A stretch of 59,780 nucleotides of DNA, the filler included, from Jimgerdemannia flammicorona (Eukaryota), in the NCBI GenBank assembly GCA_003990765.1. It is 3 parts of 3 records of this genome, joined end to end, with 100 filler letters (N's around TTAATTAATTAA, not from the genome) between each part and the next. Parts side by side here need not be neighbours in the genome. Positions count along the whole stretch, not along the records: positions 1 to 19,862 come from RBNJ01001828.1; 2 more parts are not named here. One strand, given 5' to 3'. The number at the start of each line of letters is the position of its first letter. Position 1 is the stretch's first letter. Below, in pieces: positions 1 to 12,813 of this stretch. The notes beneath the pieces are model-generated. The model did not search any database. It was given only the letters and a program-made list of their open reading frames with translations, and was not told where the DNA came from. The position numbers and the translations under genes were made by a program.

Positions 1-252
1 GAATGACTCACTACTTAGCCACCTTATAGCTAGCAAACTTGTATAAATAACCCAGTATCTTCGAGTGAATAAACCTCAGATCGAAATAGTTCAAAAGCAA
101 GAGATAGCAAAGGAACTAGTAAGCCTGTGGGCAGATACACTTCGAACTCACCCACCCCTGCATCCCAAGGACTCTGAGGAGTCAGAGAAGATCAAGTATT
201 CAAGATACAGAAATCAAATGTACTTTCAAGAGTAAGTGTCTGCTATGTTACA
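1..252 (+). repeat. Dispersed ~250-bp repeat, copy 1
   Basis: ttagccaccttatagctagcaaacttgtataaataa...aagtgtctgcta recurs as reverse complement at ~4146-4397 and as an internally deleted, decayed copy at ~21455-21605. Confidence 0.85.
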
Positions 253-1814
253 ATCTGTGCAATTCTTATAATTACAAAATTCTTATTACTAATTCAGATC
301 AACTATTATAATAAATAACTATACAAAAATAGATATATTACTTAGTTACTAATTAGAACTTATAATATTATATAAAATTTGTTATTAAAATACTAAAAGT
401 TTTTATTAATTAATTTTGGTATATTTATATATTATCTATTACTCTATAATATATTTAATTAACTGAATGGAATAACTTTTATAAAATAGACAGAATAACT
501 ATCATATCTAATAATGTTGACTGTATTGTTAATATTGTAAATTATTTTAAAATTTATCATCAATTAGAATTATTTAGTTATATGCAGAATCTTGAGTGTG
601 TATTCAGATGCATTTATTTATTTATTTATTTATTAAGGAGGTGGGATACTTATGAATTGAATCTATCAGAATTAAGGTTCTCTAATACATTAACTTCAAT
701 TATACATTTGATAGCAGGCTTGAAAGCATTAACTTTCTGAACAAGGATCATGATGCTTACCCTTTCCTTCTCCACTTTACTCTCTAGTCACTAATTCGAC
801 GAATCTCCAAACTTAGAACAAAAAGAGTTGGGTTTTCAAGTTTTTTTTTTTAAAAAAAAAAAAAAAAAGATGCGCGCATAGAGGAACGTCAAAAACGACA
901 TCTTGCAGCCACCTCCAGTACCAATGCTGCGCCCCCGCATAACTGACAATCGACGACGAGCGAAAGGACGGCAAATAAAAGCACGGAATAGCGCGAAAAA
1001 CACGACCCCTGCAAGTCCGACGATGCCGGAGAAATGCGTGGAAGGACGCGAGAGGAACGCAAAAACAACATAAACTCAACGATGTGCATGTATTGCTAAA
1101 AATAATAAATGTTGCAAAACTGTGGAAGAAAACCAGTTTCAGTGTCGCCCCTTACTATGTATATCTTTATATCTTGCCTTTCTGCTACCTTCAATAGTGC
1201 TGCTCTTATCAGAGATGCAAAGTGATTTCACAGCCTTTCAAAGACTGAGGTTTGACAGTGTGAAGAGATTGATGCAAATCCCCAAGATATTCCGGCTTTG
1301 CCTTGTAACATGTTCAATGAGTTGGAACACTCGGTTGTAAAGAGAAAAGGGGAGGTAAAAAGTCTTTTTTAATCGGCCACAACATAATATAGTGTGTAGC
1401 AAAGGATTAGTCAGGAAGACCTCAAAGATTATGAATTAACTTTTATTGACTATATGTTCCGTATCGTGGATATATAGTCTTGCGCCGATGGCATCTAGCC
1501 TCTTCATATAAATTTCGCATGCATAGTTAGTTCCAGCAGAGATTTGATATGGCACATTGATATGTATCCATACGAAAACCGTACAGCAGCGAAATAGTAT
1601 TCAGTAGTCATTACAGTACTTAAAAGATGCAATCTGGATTTCTAAACTGGTTTTGCTGTAACATCATACACATGAAAATATATTTCAGATTTCGGAATAT
1701 TTTTTTTGGCCGAAGGGATGTACGTAATCCTTTAATATTGATTTGTGCACATTGTTTGGTAGAGAGTTTGAGCAGAACTATTTCCTTCACTCATTTCCCA
1801 TTCTCCTTCACCGC

Positions 1815-3406
1815 CTACGGAAGGTCTTCCACGAGGTAGTTAACCATGGACTGCAGGAAATAGCAGTGAGAAACGGTAGAAGCCAGATAGACAGCTACAA
1901 ACGAATTCCAGACTTACCCGCACATTCCACGCTGCACGAATGGCGTCTCCTAACTTATTGTACGATGGGAATGTAAAAGGGACAATAACTGTATGTAGCA
2001 GGTGGAGTCGGTATACCTCTCGTTTTTCAAGCATGAAAATCTTGATAGTACTCATGTGGGTCTACATATAGCGGAAAAAAACATATTTAACAAGCATGCC
2101 GCGGGTCGATACTATTTTATCAAAAATTCCCATACCTGCACACCCAAGGTGAAGAGATGCGACGGATCTTTTCCCTGTTGACGGTAGTCATTGTAAAGAG
2201 CTTTCAGCATGCTCTTCATGAAACGAGCAAGATGGCAATTTTTGCCGTAATACTTGTTTATATCGCACTCTTGAGGTTGGGCTATCAGGCCGCATAATAG
2301 AGATTGTTCTTTATACGAGGTGAGCAAGTCGACAACGGTGCCACCGTCCTCATTCAGAAGAGAAGCGGAGGTATCCCTAGGTCGTTGAGAGTATTATTAA
2401 ATTAAAATACATTGGGAGAAGGGAGTGGGGAAAGTAAACTCAACCTACCATACATTTCGGCAAACTGCATCGATATTGAGTGCGCCTTGCAAAAGGGGTG
2501 TGATGTAAGAAGCAAGATATTCTCTCTTGTGACATCCTTCCGTCAAAGGATTTTTTTGGCTTTCAATCGCATTTAGACTGAAACAGCAAATTAATTAGTA
2601 ATACGTATAAACAAACAACACTACAAAGAAAAAGACATACAATTGTCCTGTTGCTCCTTCAATCCACCGGATGACTTTCTTGAAGTTGATATCGGTTGGG
2701 GAGGTAGGTTTCAAATCGCGCAGGCCTTCCCACCTACGTCGTGCTTCAAGTAATGATATCTGTTTGTATATAGCGGCAATTAACATCAAATGAAAATTTA
2801 CTCAGCGAGGAAGGACAAACATGCAAGATGTAACCTACCTCTTCAGACGCCGTGCCAAAGAGTTGCGTGATGATAGTCTCGATTTCTTTGCACTTAGTGG
2901 TTCCAATATTTGGACGGTTAGCGACAAGCCCTTGCCATTGCCGCTCTGAAAATTCAAATTGGATTGGCGAAAGGCCCGACAGGTCGAGGATGAAGCTATA
3001 TGCGAAACTGGATGCGAGACCGTCCCAATAATTTTAATAATTGCATCGACAAGAAAAGGTTGAATACATATATAGCTAGTAATACTCACTCGAATGGATC
3101 ACTTGTTTTTGAGGCGTATTTCTGTACTATCTCAGACAACGATGCGTCTTTAGCATCTCTTCGAGGACGCATTTGCGCCGTCGCGCCAGAGCCCAGCAAC
3201 AAGGAGGAGGTGGCTAGGCATTCGACAATTCTATCGGCATCTCCCGAGCTGTCGGAACGCTTGCGCAAATGAAAAAGAGTCTTTTCGATGAATGCGAAAT
3301 CCGTGCGATACGGACAAGCGAGAGAGCCCATTCTGTGTTGGCCGCGGGTCACGTATAAACCATCGTAACGGCAGAGAAGGCAGGTGTCCGGGGGTGGTGG
3401 TGGCAT
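1815..3406 (-). CDS. Spliced hypothetical protein: N-terminal CxxC-H-C zinc knuckle, C-terminal region resembling a degenerate PD-(D/E)xK/REase-like fold
   Basis: ATG at 3406 (MPPPPPDTCLLC...H...ACP). About 7 exons joined by GT-AG introns give an open frame (ISLLEARRRWEG, KREYLASYITPLL, LARFMKSML...LGVQ, IKIFMLEKREVYRL, SMVNYLVEDLP*), TAG at 1815-1817. Domain assignment is by pattern recall only. Confidence 0.7.
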
Positions 3407-3539
3407 GTTGACAGAATGAATTGGTTGTGGACGAGAGTAGCTGGAGATCCTATCTCCCAGCCTGCTTTTATCCTTCACGTACTTGGTATGCATATAATTT
3501 CATGTATGTAGGAGATTTTGTGATATATACAAGGCCTCG

Positions 3540-3740
3540 GAACAATCAGCCTGTCGAACGAAACATGTCGAAACAATCAGTCTGATGGAGGAAACAATCA
3601 GTCTGTTGGAGGAAACAATCAGTCTGTCGAACAAAGCCCATGTTGAAACAATCAATCTGTCGAAAAAAGCCCATGCTGAAACAATCAGTCTGTCAGACAA
3701 AGCCCATCAGTTTGTGGGTTACGCCAATCAGTCTGTGGAC
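3540..3740. repeat. Minisatellite of GAAACAATCAGTCTG-core units
   Basis: About 7-8 imperfect 21-33 bp units upstream of the minus-strand gene. Confidence 0.85.
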
Positions 3741-4145
3741 AACGCCAATGATAAAACAAGTAGTAACGTGAATTTACGCCACGCATTTCTTTACTTCAGT
3801 TTCGTGGTGCCGCCAACCTAAAGATTTCACAAAAAATACCTCATGAGGATAAATGCTATTTAAAAAAGGGCTTAATTACATTGATTTATTATAATTCTAT
3901 GAAATTCTTTTTTTAAATTAAGTCCTATTATGGTTGGCTATAGTTTTAAAATAAAATTATAATCACTGAAATTTACAGTCACACATACTCAAATAGAAAT
4001 AATTATATTTGGTTAGAATATTACTATATTTGATATATAATATACATTTATTATTTATTTATTTATTTATTAAATATTTCATAATGATATTTCAGAAATT
4101 CAAAAATGAGAATAATATTTTCTAACTTTATAATAAGCATCTATA

Positions 4146-4397
4146 TATTATAATGTAGCAGACACTTAACCTTGGAAGTATGTCAGATTTCTGTATTTTG
4201 AAAACTTGTTCTTTTTTGACTCTGCAGAGTCTTTGGATGTAGGGGTAGATGAGTTTGAAGTATATCTACCTGCAGACTTACTAGTTTCTTTGCTTTAAAC
4301 TATTTCAATCTGAAGTTTATTCATTCTAAGATACTGCATTATTTATACAAGTTTGCTAGCTATAAGGTGGCTAAATTATGACTATATTATGAGTCAC
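4146..4397 (-). repeat. Dispersed ~250-bp repeat, copy 2 (inverted relative to 1-252)
   Basis: ttatttatacaagtttgctagctataaggtggctaa is the reverse complement of positions ~15-50, and similarity runs across the whole unit. Confidence 0.85.
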
Positions 4398-4411
4398 TTT
4401 TTGCAAGTATT

Positions 4412-4505
4412 GAAACTTTCAACATCTGCAAAATCTTCAATATCTGCAAAATCTTCAACATCTGTGAAAAGTTCAACATTTATGAAAACTTTAACAGTTG
4501 TGAAA
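4412..4505. repeat. 18-bp tandem repeat (aaaatcttcaacatctgc) x~5
   Basis: Direct inspection. Confidence 0.8.
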
Positions 4506-4713
4506 TAATAATGACTGCTATTTATAAGGCTATACTATATTGGGAATTGGATTAAAGTACTATGATCAAATATCTAATTTTCCTGATTTATATTTCTAAT
4601 TTGGATCAACCATTACAACTTCCTCCTAAATAGGTAATTCATCTCTGAAATATCCTATTCAAACTTCCAAGCTTCTACAATTTGTATCTCCTTATACTGT
4701 TCAATCTGTATCA

Positions 4714-5930
4714 TTTTTTTTTTGGTTTTTTTTTTTTTTTTTTTTGTTTTTTTTTTTTTTTTTTTTTAATGGACCCAATGTTCTACAGATTTTTATTGGA
4801 AGGGAATCTAGACTATATAGACCAAAATCCTCCCCCACCACCCATCAAGCACTACCCCTCTATTAATCTAGGCTAGCTATTATCCAGCAGCTTGACCATA
4901 CCAGGTGCAGCAGGGCCTATGTTGGTCTATACTTCATTCTGTATACTATGCTCTCCCTACTACCAGGGAAAATCCAGCCATATGCCAATGACTGAAAGCA
5001 CACACCTGAGAACCCAATGTATGTACAAGACCATGCCCGAGCTAAATAGAAAAGCCCCTACCATCTTAAAGAGAATGACAGGTAAAGAAAAACCCTCATC
5101 AAAGTACAATATGGTAGGTAGAGCCTAGTTCTCCCAGTTGAGGTGAGTAAAGGACTTATACATGAGGTGGGAGGAGACCCCACTACTCAAGCTTACAGGC
5201 CTCAATCATGTTGCTGTGTCAGCTCCTGGTTCCAGTTAAGTATAGCCAAGATACCTGAAATAGGTAGCCTTGGACCCCCCAACCCCCTCTGATAACTGGG
5301 GCCCAATCCACCAAATTGCCAAAGGAAGCCAAGAGTGATATCTACTATCTAACTGTGCTGTATCAATCAAAAGGCCCCACTGAAGCAGCACTCACCCTAG
5401 CCCTGATGACTGCCCCCAGCCTGGCACCCTACTGGTCCACCATTATTGCCCTTCCTCCTATCTGTGACAGCCATCTCCCCTCCCATCCTGACAATACCCA
5501 AAAAGCAGTCACCTATGCTAGAACTGTGCTTGCCAGGAAGCTCATCAAAGCCAGAGAGCCCCACCACAAGCACCAAGGACCTACAGGTAACCTATACTAA
5601 GCACTTGATACCCAAGGTCAGCCAACTCTCTATGTAGCCCGAGATACATCGAGACAGCACCTTATTGGTGATGGCAAAAGGAAGAAGGCATTACATCAAA
5701 ATGGATATACTCCAGATGTAGCCAAAGGCACCAGAAAATACAAAAAAGTAGAGAAGACACTGACCAGATACTGATAAAGAGGCAACTCATCACCATTGCC
5801 TCCCTCCCACTGCCCTGCAATAGGTACAGCAAACCAATCCAAGGTAGAGGGGGTAATAATTGTGGAAAGTAGACTCAGAAGATTATCTACCAAACCATTA
5901 TAACTGGTAAGGTAGTGGAGAAAGAGGTCA
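4714..5930 (-). mobile_element. Unclassified degenerate repeat ending in a poly(A) tail; possible non-LTR retroposon 3' end
   Basis: ~55-nt T tract at 4714-4768 next to a CpG-depleted segment that is G-rich on the minus strand. No recognisable protein motif. Confidence 0.35.
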
Positions 5931-6343
5931 ATCTGCATCATTACATACTCCCAGTATTGTCTCTTGATATATCCAAAGTCTCCTGGAACTATTCTACAAA
6001 GATGGGCTAGAGCTGACTCATCATCCTTAAATATCTTATTGACTCATTTAACAGTTATAATCTGAGTATAAGAGAGCTGACACTCTCTAATCCAGTCTTC
6101 TTTTCCCATGTCTGGTTGCAAGTTCAGTAGCTGTCCCAACTTGAAGTATTCTTGAAACTCAGTTCAGTTCTGGTAGATCTTGAAGTATGAGATTTGTAAC
6201 AGGTGTGTCTGGACTATGCTCTGCATACTGTCAAAGAATTCTTCTATGACTGGTGGCTCAGTAGTGCACCATTGTCTTTCTATGGCTCATTGTATAGCAC
6301 TGATGATCTTGAGGGCTATAGCAGTACTCCATTAGTTAGCCAT
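5930..6343 (-). pseudogene. Extra ORF downstream of integrase (unknown function)
   Basis: ATG at 6343 starts ~135 codons in one frame, with four stops each restorable by a single T-to-C change (3x TGA, 1x TAA): ...FQEYFKLGQLL...QLSYTQIITVK*VNKIF...AHLCRIVPGDF. Confidence 0.65.
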
Positions 6344-9017
6344 AATACTTCTTGAGTCAGTTTCAGTAGATGCTAGTAGGGATGATTGTGTCTGAGAGTT
6401 TTCATAGCCAAAAGGTGATCTCTTTTATATCTTGCACAAGGTAAGGTCCTTCCTACTGGGGCTCCAGTTTTCATAACCATGAAGCTTCTACTATATTCCA
6501 ATATACTAAGACCTTGTCTCCTATCTTGATAATCTCTAGAGGCTTGTGAATCTTTTCTGTATTATTCTATTGTAGTGCCTGTGCCTTGATTATGTAATCC
6601 TTGGCCTTTTTTCTGATTTGGTATAGTCTCTGTATTTCTCCATCCACTCTTTTCCATATAGCATTCCTATTAGATGATAGGGTTTCTTGAGAACTTTCTT
6701 CTCTGAATAGTATTTCTTGAGAGGTAAAATGAGTGCTTTGTAATCAAATATCCTAGAGAGCAGATAATGCTATTGGCAGATAGTGATCCCAGTTTTCATG
6801 GTTATCACAGATCTTGGCAATAATATTCTTGAGGATCTTGTTGGTCCTTTCTGTCTATCTATTTTCTTAAGGATGATATGCTGTAGTCTGAATGTGCTGG
6901 ATCTTGTACTTCTTATAGAGAACCTCAAAGAACTGGTTCACAAATTCTATTCCTCTGTCTGTAGTTACTTGTGTTGGGGTCTTGAACTGGCAGATAATTT
7001 CTTTGTAAAAGAAATCAGCAAATTGACTGTATATCCCTGAGGGGTCCTGCCTCTATCTATTTAGTAAAAAGGTCTACAATGACAATGATGTATCAGTTGC
7101 TAGTCAAAGTCAAGAGTAGAGGGCCAATTACATCTATTGCAATGTGGGCAAATGGTGCTGGCTCTATGTATGCTGATCCTGGGGCTTGATTTTATTGATT
7201 TTGTTTCTGTTTCTAGCATTTATCACAGATCTTGACAAATGTCTGACATCTTCCTCTATTCCTGGCCACCATATTGTTCTTTTTGCTTTATCATATGTAT
7301 TTGTTCCTCCTAGATGGCCAAGTTCATATACTGATTTCATTACTTACTCCTTCTTGTGTTCTGGTATAACTAGTAGTTTTCCTTTCTTCAGTATTTCTCT
7401 ATCAGTTTCAAATTGTTTCCATGTTCTGTTGATAATTGTTTGTGTCCATTCTTCCAGATGTTGGGGCATCTTTCACTGTCTCAGATAGGTGATTATTCCA
7501 TAGTAGAGCTCCTTATTCATAATTTATTTACTGATTGGGGGGCCTTTGAGGTATCTGTGAGAGGGCATCTACATTGGCATTGGTTTTTTCTGGGTAGTGT
7601 ATAATGGTTATGTCTTTTGCTTGCAACTTCATGATCTATCTGGCATAGATTCCTTTAGATTGCCCAGTGGTCAGTAGCTAAGTAAGGGCTGAGTGGTCTG
7701 TCTGGATGGTGAAGTGTCTTCCAGCAAGGTAGTAGTGGAACTTTTCCACAGCCCAGATAACTGCAAGGTATTCCAACTTATAGGATTCATATTATTTTTC
7801 AGCTTCTTGAGTTCCTTGGCTTAGGTATGTAATGAAATACTCTACTTTGTCTTTCTTTTGAGCTAGGACTACTCCTAGTTCCTGGGTGCTTACATCTGTC
7901 TGTGGGATGAATTCTTGAGTCCAATTGGATCTTCTGAGGATGGGTGCCTGAGTCAGTCTGACCTTGAGCTCATCAAATGCTTTTTGTTGTCTACCAGTCT
8001 ATCAGAACTTGGTATCCTTCTTGTTGAGTTCATAGATTGGGCCTGCAATGTTAGAGAATTCTCTGATAAATCATTGATAATATGAGGCCAGCCCCATGAA
8101 AACTTGGACTTCAGTAATAGTAGTAGGTCTTGGGTATGCTACTACTACTTGTATCTTGAGAGGGTCTGTGTGTATTCCATCTCAATTGATGATATAGCTG
8201 AGATAGATGATCTCAATTCCATGAACTTGTACTTCTTGGGCTTAGTATAAAGACCATGCTGTCTCCACTTCTCCATCATCTGTTGGATGTATTGCAGATA
8301 TTCCTCAGCTGTTCTGCTGTAAATGATAATATCATTCATATAAACTATCATCCATCTTTCCATGTCATAGTGAAAGATTTTGTTCATCATTCACTGGAAG
8401 CTTGCAGGGGTATTGCACATTCTAAATGACATTCACAAGTAGATGTAGGTTCTGTCTGAGGTGATGAAGGCTGATTTCTCACTTGCTGTTTCTGTGAGTC
8501 TGATTTGGTGGAATTCTGAATATAGATCCAAGGTGCTGTAGTACTGTACTTCATCTCTCAGAGTTATAAGAATATCATTGATGAGAGGCAGTGGTTGGCA
8601 ATCCTTCTTAATAACTATGTTGAGCTTTCTGTAATCAATGTAGAGTCTTGGGGCAAATTCTCCAGGCTTGCTTTCTTTCTTTAGAGCTAGTACAACTGGT
8701 GAAGACCAGGGGCTACTGGCCTCCTTGATGATACTGGCTTCTTTCATCTGCTTGATTTCTTCTCTGAGCCACTCTCAGTTGACTGGTGGGACAGGTCTTG
8801 TCATCTGGTAAATTGGTTTGGTATCACCAGTATCTATGTCATAATAGTAGTGTGGAGTCTTTCTCTTGATATTCTTGAAGTCTCTAGCAAGGACATCCTC
8901 GAATTCATACAGCATTTTCTTGAGTGGGAATTCATTTCCAATAGTATAGCTGTGCTTATTTGTAGTTTCCTCCTTGTACTGCAGCTCAGTGATCTTGATA
9001 CTGGTAAATACTCCTCT

Positions 9018-9438
9018 TCCCATAGATCTGAATTCTTTTCTTCCTCTTTCTGTTTCCTCCAACTTCTTGACTTCCATGATCCTTGGCTGAAGAACTGGGA
9101 AGATCAACATCTACATATGCCAGTCAGTCCTTTTTCTTAATTGGAAATGGAATTGTAAGATTGTAGTTTCTAGCATTAAGTAGTATTTCTCTAATATAAT
9201 CAAAATCAATAACTCCTCCTTCAATTGTAATTTCACTCCTAGCCAGGCTGCTTCTTGTCTTAAGGATTCTAATATGGTCTTTTGGAATGGTCATATCCAG
9301 ACTGGTTGTGAGTAGGGTGGTTGTCTGGGGTTCTAGTATAGTTTCTTCCACTGTGGCAATATTCATTCCAGCTATATTTTCTGACTTATATTCTGATAAG
9401 ACTGTATTAGAGAGAATCTTCCAAATCTTGATCTTGAT
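9018..9438 (-). pseudogene. dUTPase domain within the retrotransposon pol, between protease and RT
   Basis: Trimeric dUTPase motifs in order: IAGMNI (AGxD), TRSSLA, GGVIDFDYIREI, QMLIFP, TERGRKEFRSMG (RGxxGFGSTG). One frameshift near 9120. Confidence 0.9.
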
Positions 9439-9602
9439 TTTCTCTTCATTATCACTATCTTCGAGGAGAGCTGGTGGTTTGTCACACTCTTCCTCCTCTT
9501 CTTCCATTCTCTTTTCTTCTCTTGCCTATTTCTTGAAGGTCTTCTCTCTTCTTTGGTGGTAGATTTCCTTGATTTTGCCAGTGCACTGATAACACTTGTT
9601 GA

Positions 9603-11674
9603 TGTAAGAGGGTTTACTTTTTAGGATAACCATTACGTAGTTCTGAAAAGGTTTTCTGGAAGTTCTGGATATTCTGGAAGACTGTTTTCTTAAGGTCAAG
9701 ATCAATTTCATATAGAGTACATCCTCTATGCTTATTGATTTCAAGATCGAATTAATGTCTCAACCAAAGTCCTTTTTTGGACTAGTTTTGGATGTTCAGA
9801 AGTTTCCATATTTCAGGAAGTTCAAGAAACTAAGGCCAGCTTAGTTGAATTGGCATATCGCTGTAGACAATACCCAATTAGGAAATTTCATGATAGGGTT
9901 AGGAGTGGGACCTAATGGGGAGCAGATTTACTTAAGAGTGGTTTGTGGGTTATTAAATAGGTTTATTTGCTATTCATGATATTACTATACTAGGAGTAGC
10001 TGTGTGAAGAGATATTATGGGGAAGTATTCAGAAGTTGTGTTCAGATTGTTCAAGTCTGAATTTCTGAGGTCTGGGGGAGGAGGTATTTATACTAGTGAG
10101 GGGCTATCTGGGCTAGGCTAGATATAGATGTAGCACTAGTGCCTTGCTGAGTCGGAATGCAGTCATATAGTACAAGTGTGATCTGATATGTCAAGAGATC
10201 ATCTGACTGCTGAGTCAGTTCACAGTCATGTTGTATAAGGCTAATCTAACTATACTATGACTGCTAAGCTATTTATTAGTTTAGACACTGTCTGGGTAAT
10301 CTTCGATAACATCACCATCGATGACATCATCTCTGATGAAGTAGTCATCTAGGAAGAGTAGTTTGTAGATTACTTCTCCTTATTCACTGAGGTAATAATA
10401 CATTGGGACTTCATCACCATTCCACAGAATAGCATCATCTGTCTCATATGCTGAATAAGGTGTTGGTGGGCAAAGGATGGGTGTATCATCTTCACTTTCA
10501 TTGGATTCGCTATCTGTATACCTTCTATAGGTTACAGCACTATGAGTTATAGGGTTGTAGTAAGCTGGCGGCTGTGGTTCATGTCGCTTGTACTCAGGTG
10601 GTAGAGTGGTTGGTTCAATCTCGAGGGTTATCTGAAGGTACAGGTTGTGTTCTTCAGTCTCTTCATTATAGTTAAAGTAATCAGGAATAAATGCAGGTTA
10701 GTATTCATACCAGTGGTCATTGTCCCAATAGGTCTCATAGGTGGTTATGAACTATTATAAGTTCATTGGCAGTATTGGTGGAGTGATCAGGGTTAGCAGG
10801 GATCCTTGGCTTGAGATCATGTTGGCATCAGAGGGATCATTGTCTTCTGCTTCATCTTTATCAAATCAGATTATATCATAGATGTCCTTCATAGTGTATC
10901 TGACTTGAGGCATTTGCAGGATATGGTCATCAGAGTGTGAGAAGGTTCTGTCTGTAGTCTGAACATATTCAAGATGCTTGTAGTTGAGTCCTTATATCAT
11001 GTCGTCAATTTGGCCATAGGACAGGATAGCAACCATCTTGGCAGTAGTAACTCAGAGGCAGGGAATAAAGGTGCTGTACTCATAAAAGAGTTCCCAGTAT
11101 TTGTGGGTGATGAGTTTCTGGTGTTGAGACATCTGGGTAATATCTGTATTGTGATGGTGTTTGACTATATCTTCTAGGAGGTGGCCAATCTGATAGTAGC
11201 TTGAAATTTGTCCAATTTGGTAGACTTCGCTAAGCATGTTCAGGGCATTCCATTGGGCTTCTACAAAGTAGAGGGGTACTAGACTATGGATATTCATGAG
11301 GGGCAGAGGGGGTGTGGCTCAGTTGACAATGGCATTCCAAATGTCAGCATGGATGTGGTTATAGATCTCGGTGGTCATGTTTGTATATGTTCAGAAGTTA
11401 TAGTTGTATGTTTGGTTTGTTTTGGTTCTCAGTTTTGATATATTTTAGTGCTTGGTATTTATGTATTTAGTCCTGATTGGTAAGATTCTGTTTGTGTAAA
11501 TCTTGTGTTCTGTGACTTTATATTGACTCAGCTTTGTGCACTGTGACTTTGGTTTGACTCAGCTTTGTGATCTTGCAGGTGATTTCCAGATTTGTTCAGA
11601 GGTTACATGTGATTTCCATGGCTTGTTCAGAGGGTGACATATGATTTTGATGGCTTGGAGGTTGTGCGCTTACA
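9603..11674 (-). mobile_element. Solo LTR (2072 bp) nested in the Ty3 pol
   Basis: Termini TGTAAG...CTTACA; 5-bp TSD GTTGA at 9598-9602 and 11675-11679; colinear with the LTR at 55677-57757. Confidence 0.95.
10281..11378 (-). pseudogene. LTR-internal ORF, copy 1 (365 codons, disrupted)
   Basis: ATG at 11378 to TAA at 10281-10283 spans 1098 nt, the same length as copy 2. Confidence 0.75.
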
Positions 11675-12424
11675 GTTGACATGCTCTATACAGTAAATTC
11701 AGATCCTATGAAGGCAGACTCCTTGTGGTGCATATCCTTCTATAATCTTTTTGCATCAGTCTTCTTCACTCATCCATCTGATTTTCTTCTTCTTTTTCTG
11801 AGTTATTACCATATAGGCTTCCTCTTGTTCACTCTTTTCTTCCTCTATCTCAGGCAGGACTCCTTTGTTGACATTGATGAGAATTTACATCTTCTGTCTA
11901 TAGTAGATGATCTACATCTTCTGAGTATTCAGATCAATTATTGCTTTGGCTTTATGAAGCCACTGGTTGCCAATGGGGATGTTATAGTTGGTTGCATTAA
12001 TCATAATTATATTCACTGAGATAGTTGCTCCTTCAAACTTGATGGGAACATCTCAGATCTTTCCCAGAGGTGTGGCTCTTGAACCATCTGCTGTGATAAA
12101 TACCAATTTAGTTGCTTCTTCAACTTCCCAATCTAGGCAGTTAGCTGCTTTCTTGCTGAGAAGGTATCTTCCTGCTTCTGTATCAATGATAGCCTCAAAT
12201 TCTCTATCTTCAATTTGACAAGTTGCATAGACAGAGATCTTTCAGTTGTCTTTGCTTTCTTCTCCTGAGTCCTCTTGGACATTATTGGTCTCAGTTATCT
12301 TCCAACTTTGCTCCCTAGTTGTCTCAGCAAGTCCATATCTCATTTGCTGTCTGAATGTGGGTATTTCTACCAGCTAGCTAAAGGTGATATTGACCTTTTG
12401 TTAACTGAGATCTTTGAAGATATC

Positions 12425-12813
12425 TGTAACAATTTCACAGTCATGTTTAGTCTTAGTATATTTTTTGGATCTTTTAGTCAGTCTTTTCTTGTCATTTCTT
12501 GAATATTCTACTATGTTCCAGTGTCTTCTACTTGCTTAGAAACCTTCTCTCAGTGCCCAGACACTACTAGAACATTCTTGTCTTTTCTTGGCACCAAGTA
12601 TCTTGTCTCAGCTAGTCATGGAACCCTTTGGAATATTGTAGAATAGTATTAGTCAGCTTTGCTAAGAACCTATTTCTTGGTATTTCTCTTTCTTTCCAAG
12701 ATCCTTCCAGATCTTTCTTTCAGATCATGTATAAATAGCCTTGTTCTCTGCCTGAATAAAGCTCAGAATATTTTCTCTCAGAAATCCTTCAAGAACACTT
12801 AAACCTTTAAGTA
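12425..12813 (+). mobile_element. Truncated LTR of the family seen at 40695-41159
   Basis: Starts TGTAAC; reverse complement of ~40771-41159; homology ends at a TA where the next element begins. Confidence 0.9.

Larger units (their letters stand above)
5930..12424 (-). mobile_element. Degenerate Ty3/Gypsy LTR retrotransposon internal region: protease-dUTPase-RT-RNaseH-integrase-extra ORF
   Basis: Protease EAIIDTEAG (~12180); RT SSPWSSPVVL...IDYRKLN, YSTLDL, VYMNDIIIYS (8145-8750); RNase H ~7600-8000; integrase ~6400-7400 with EGPY motif. Many stops and frameshifts; no chromodomain seen. Confidence 0.9.
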
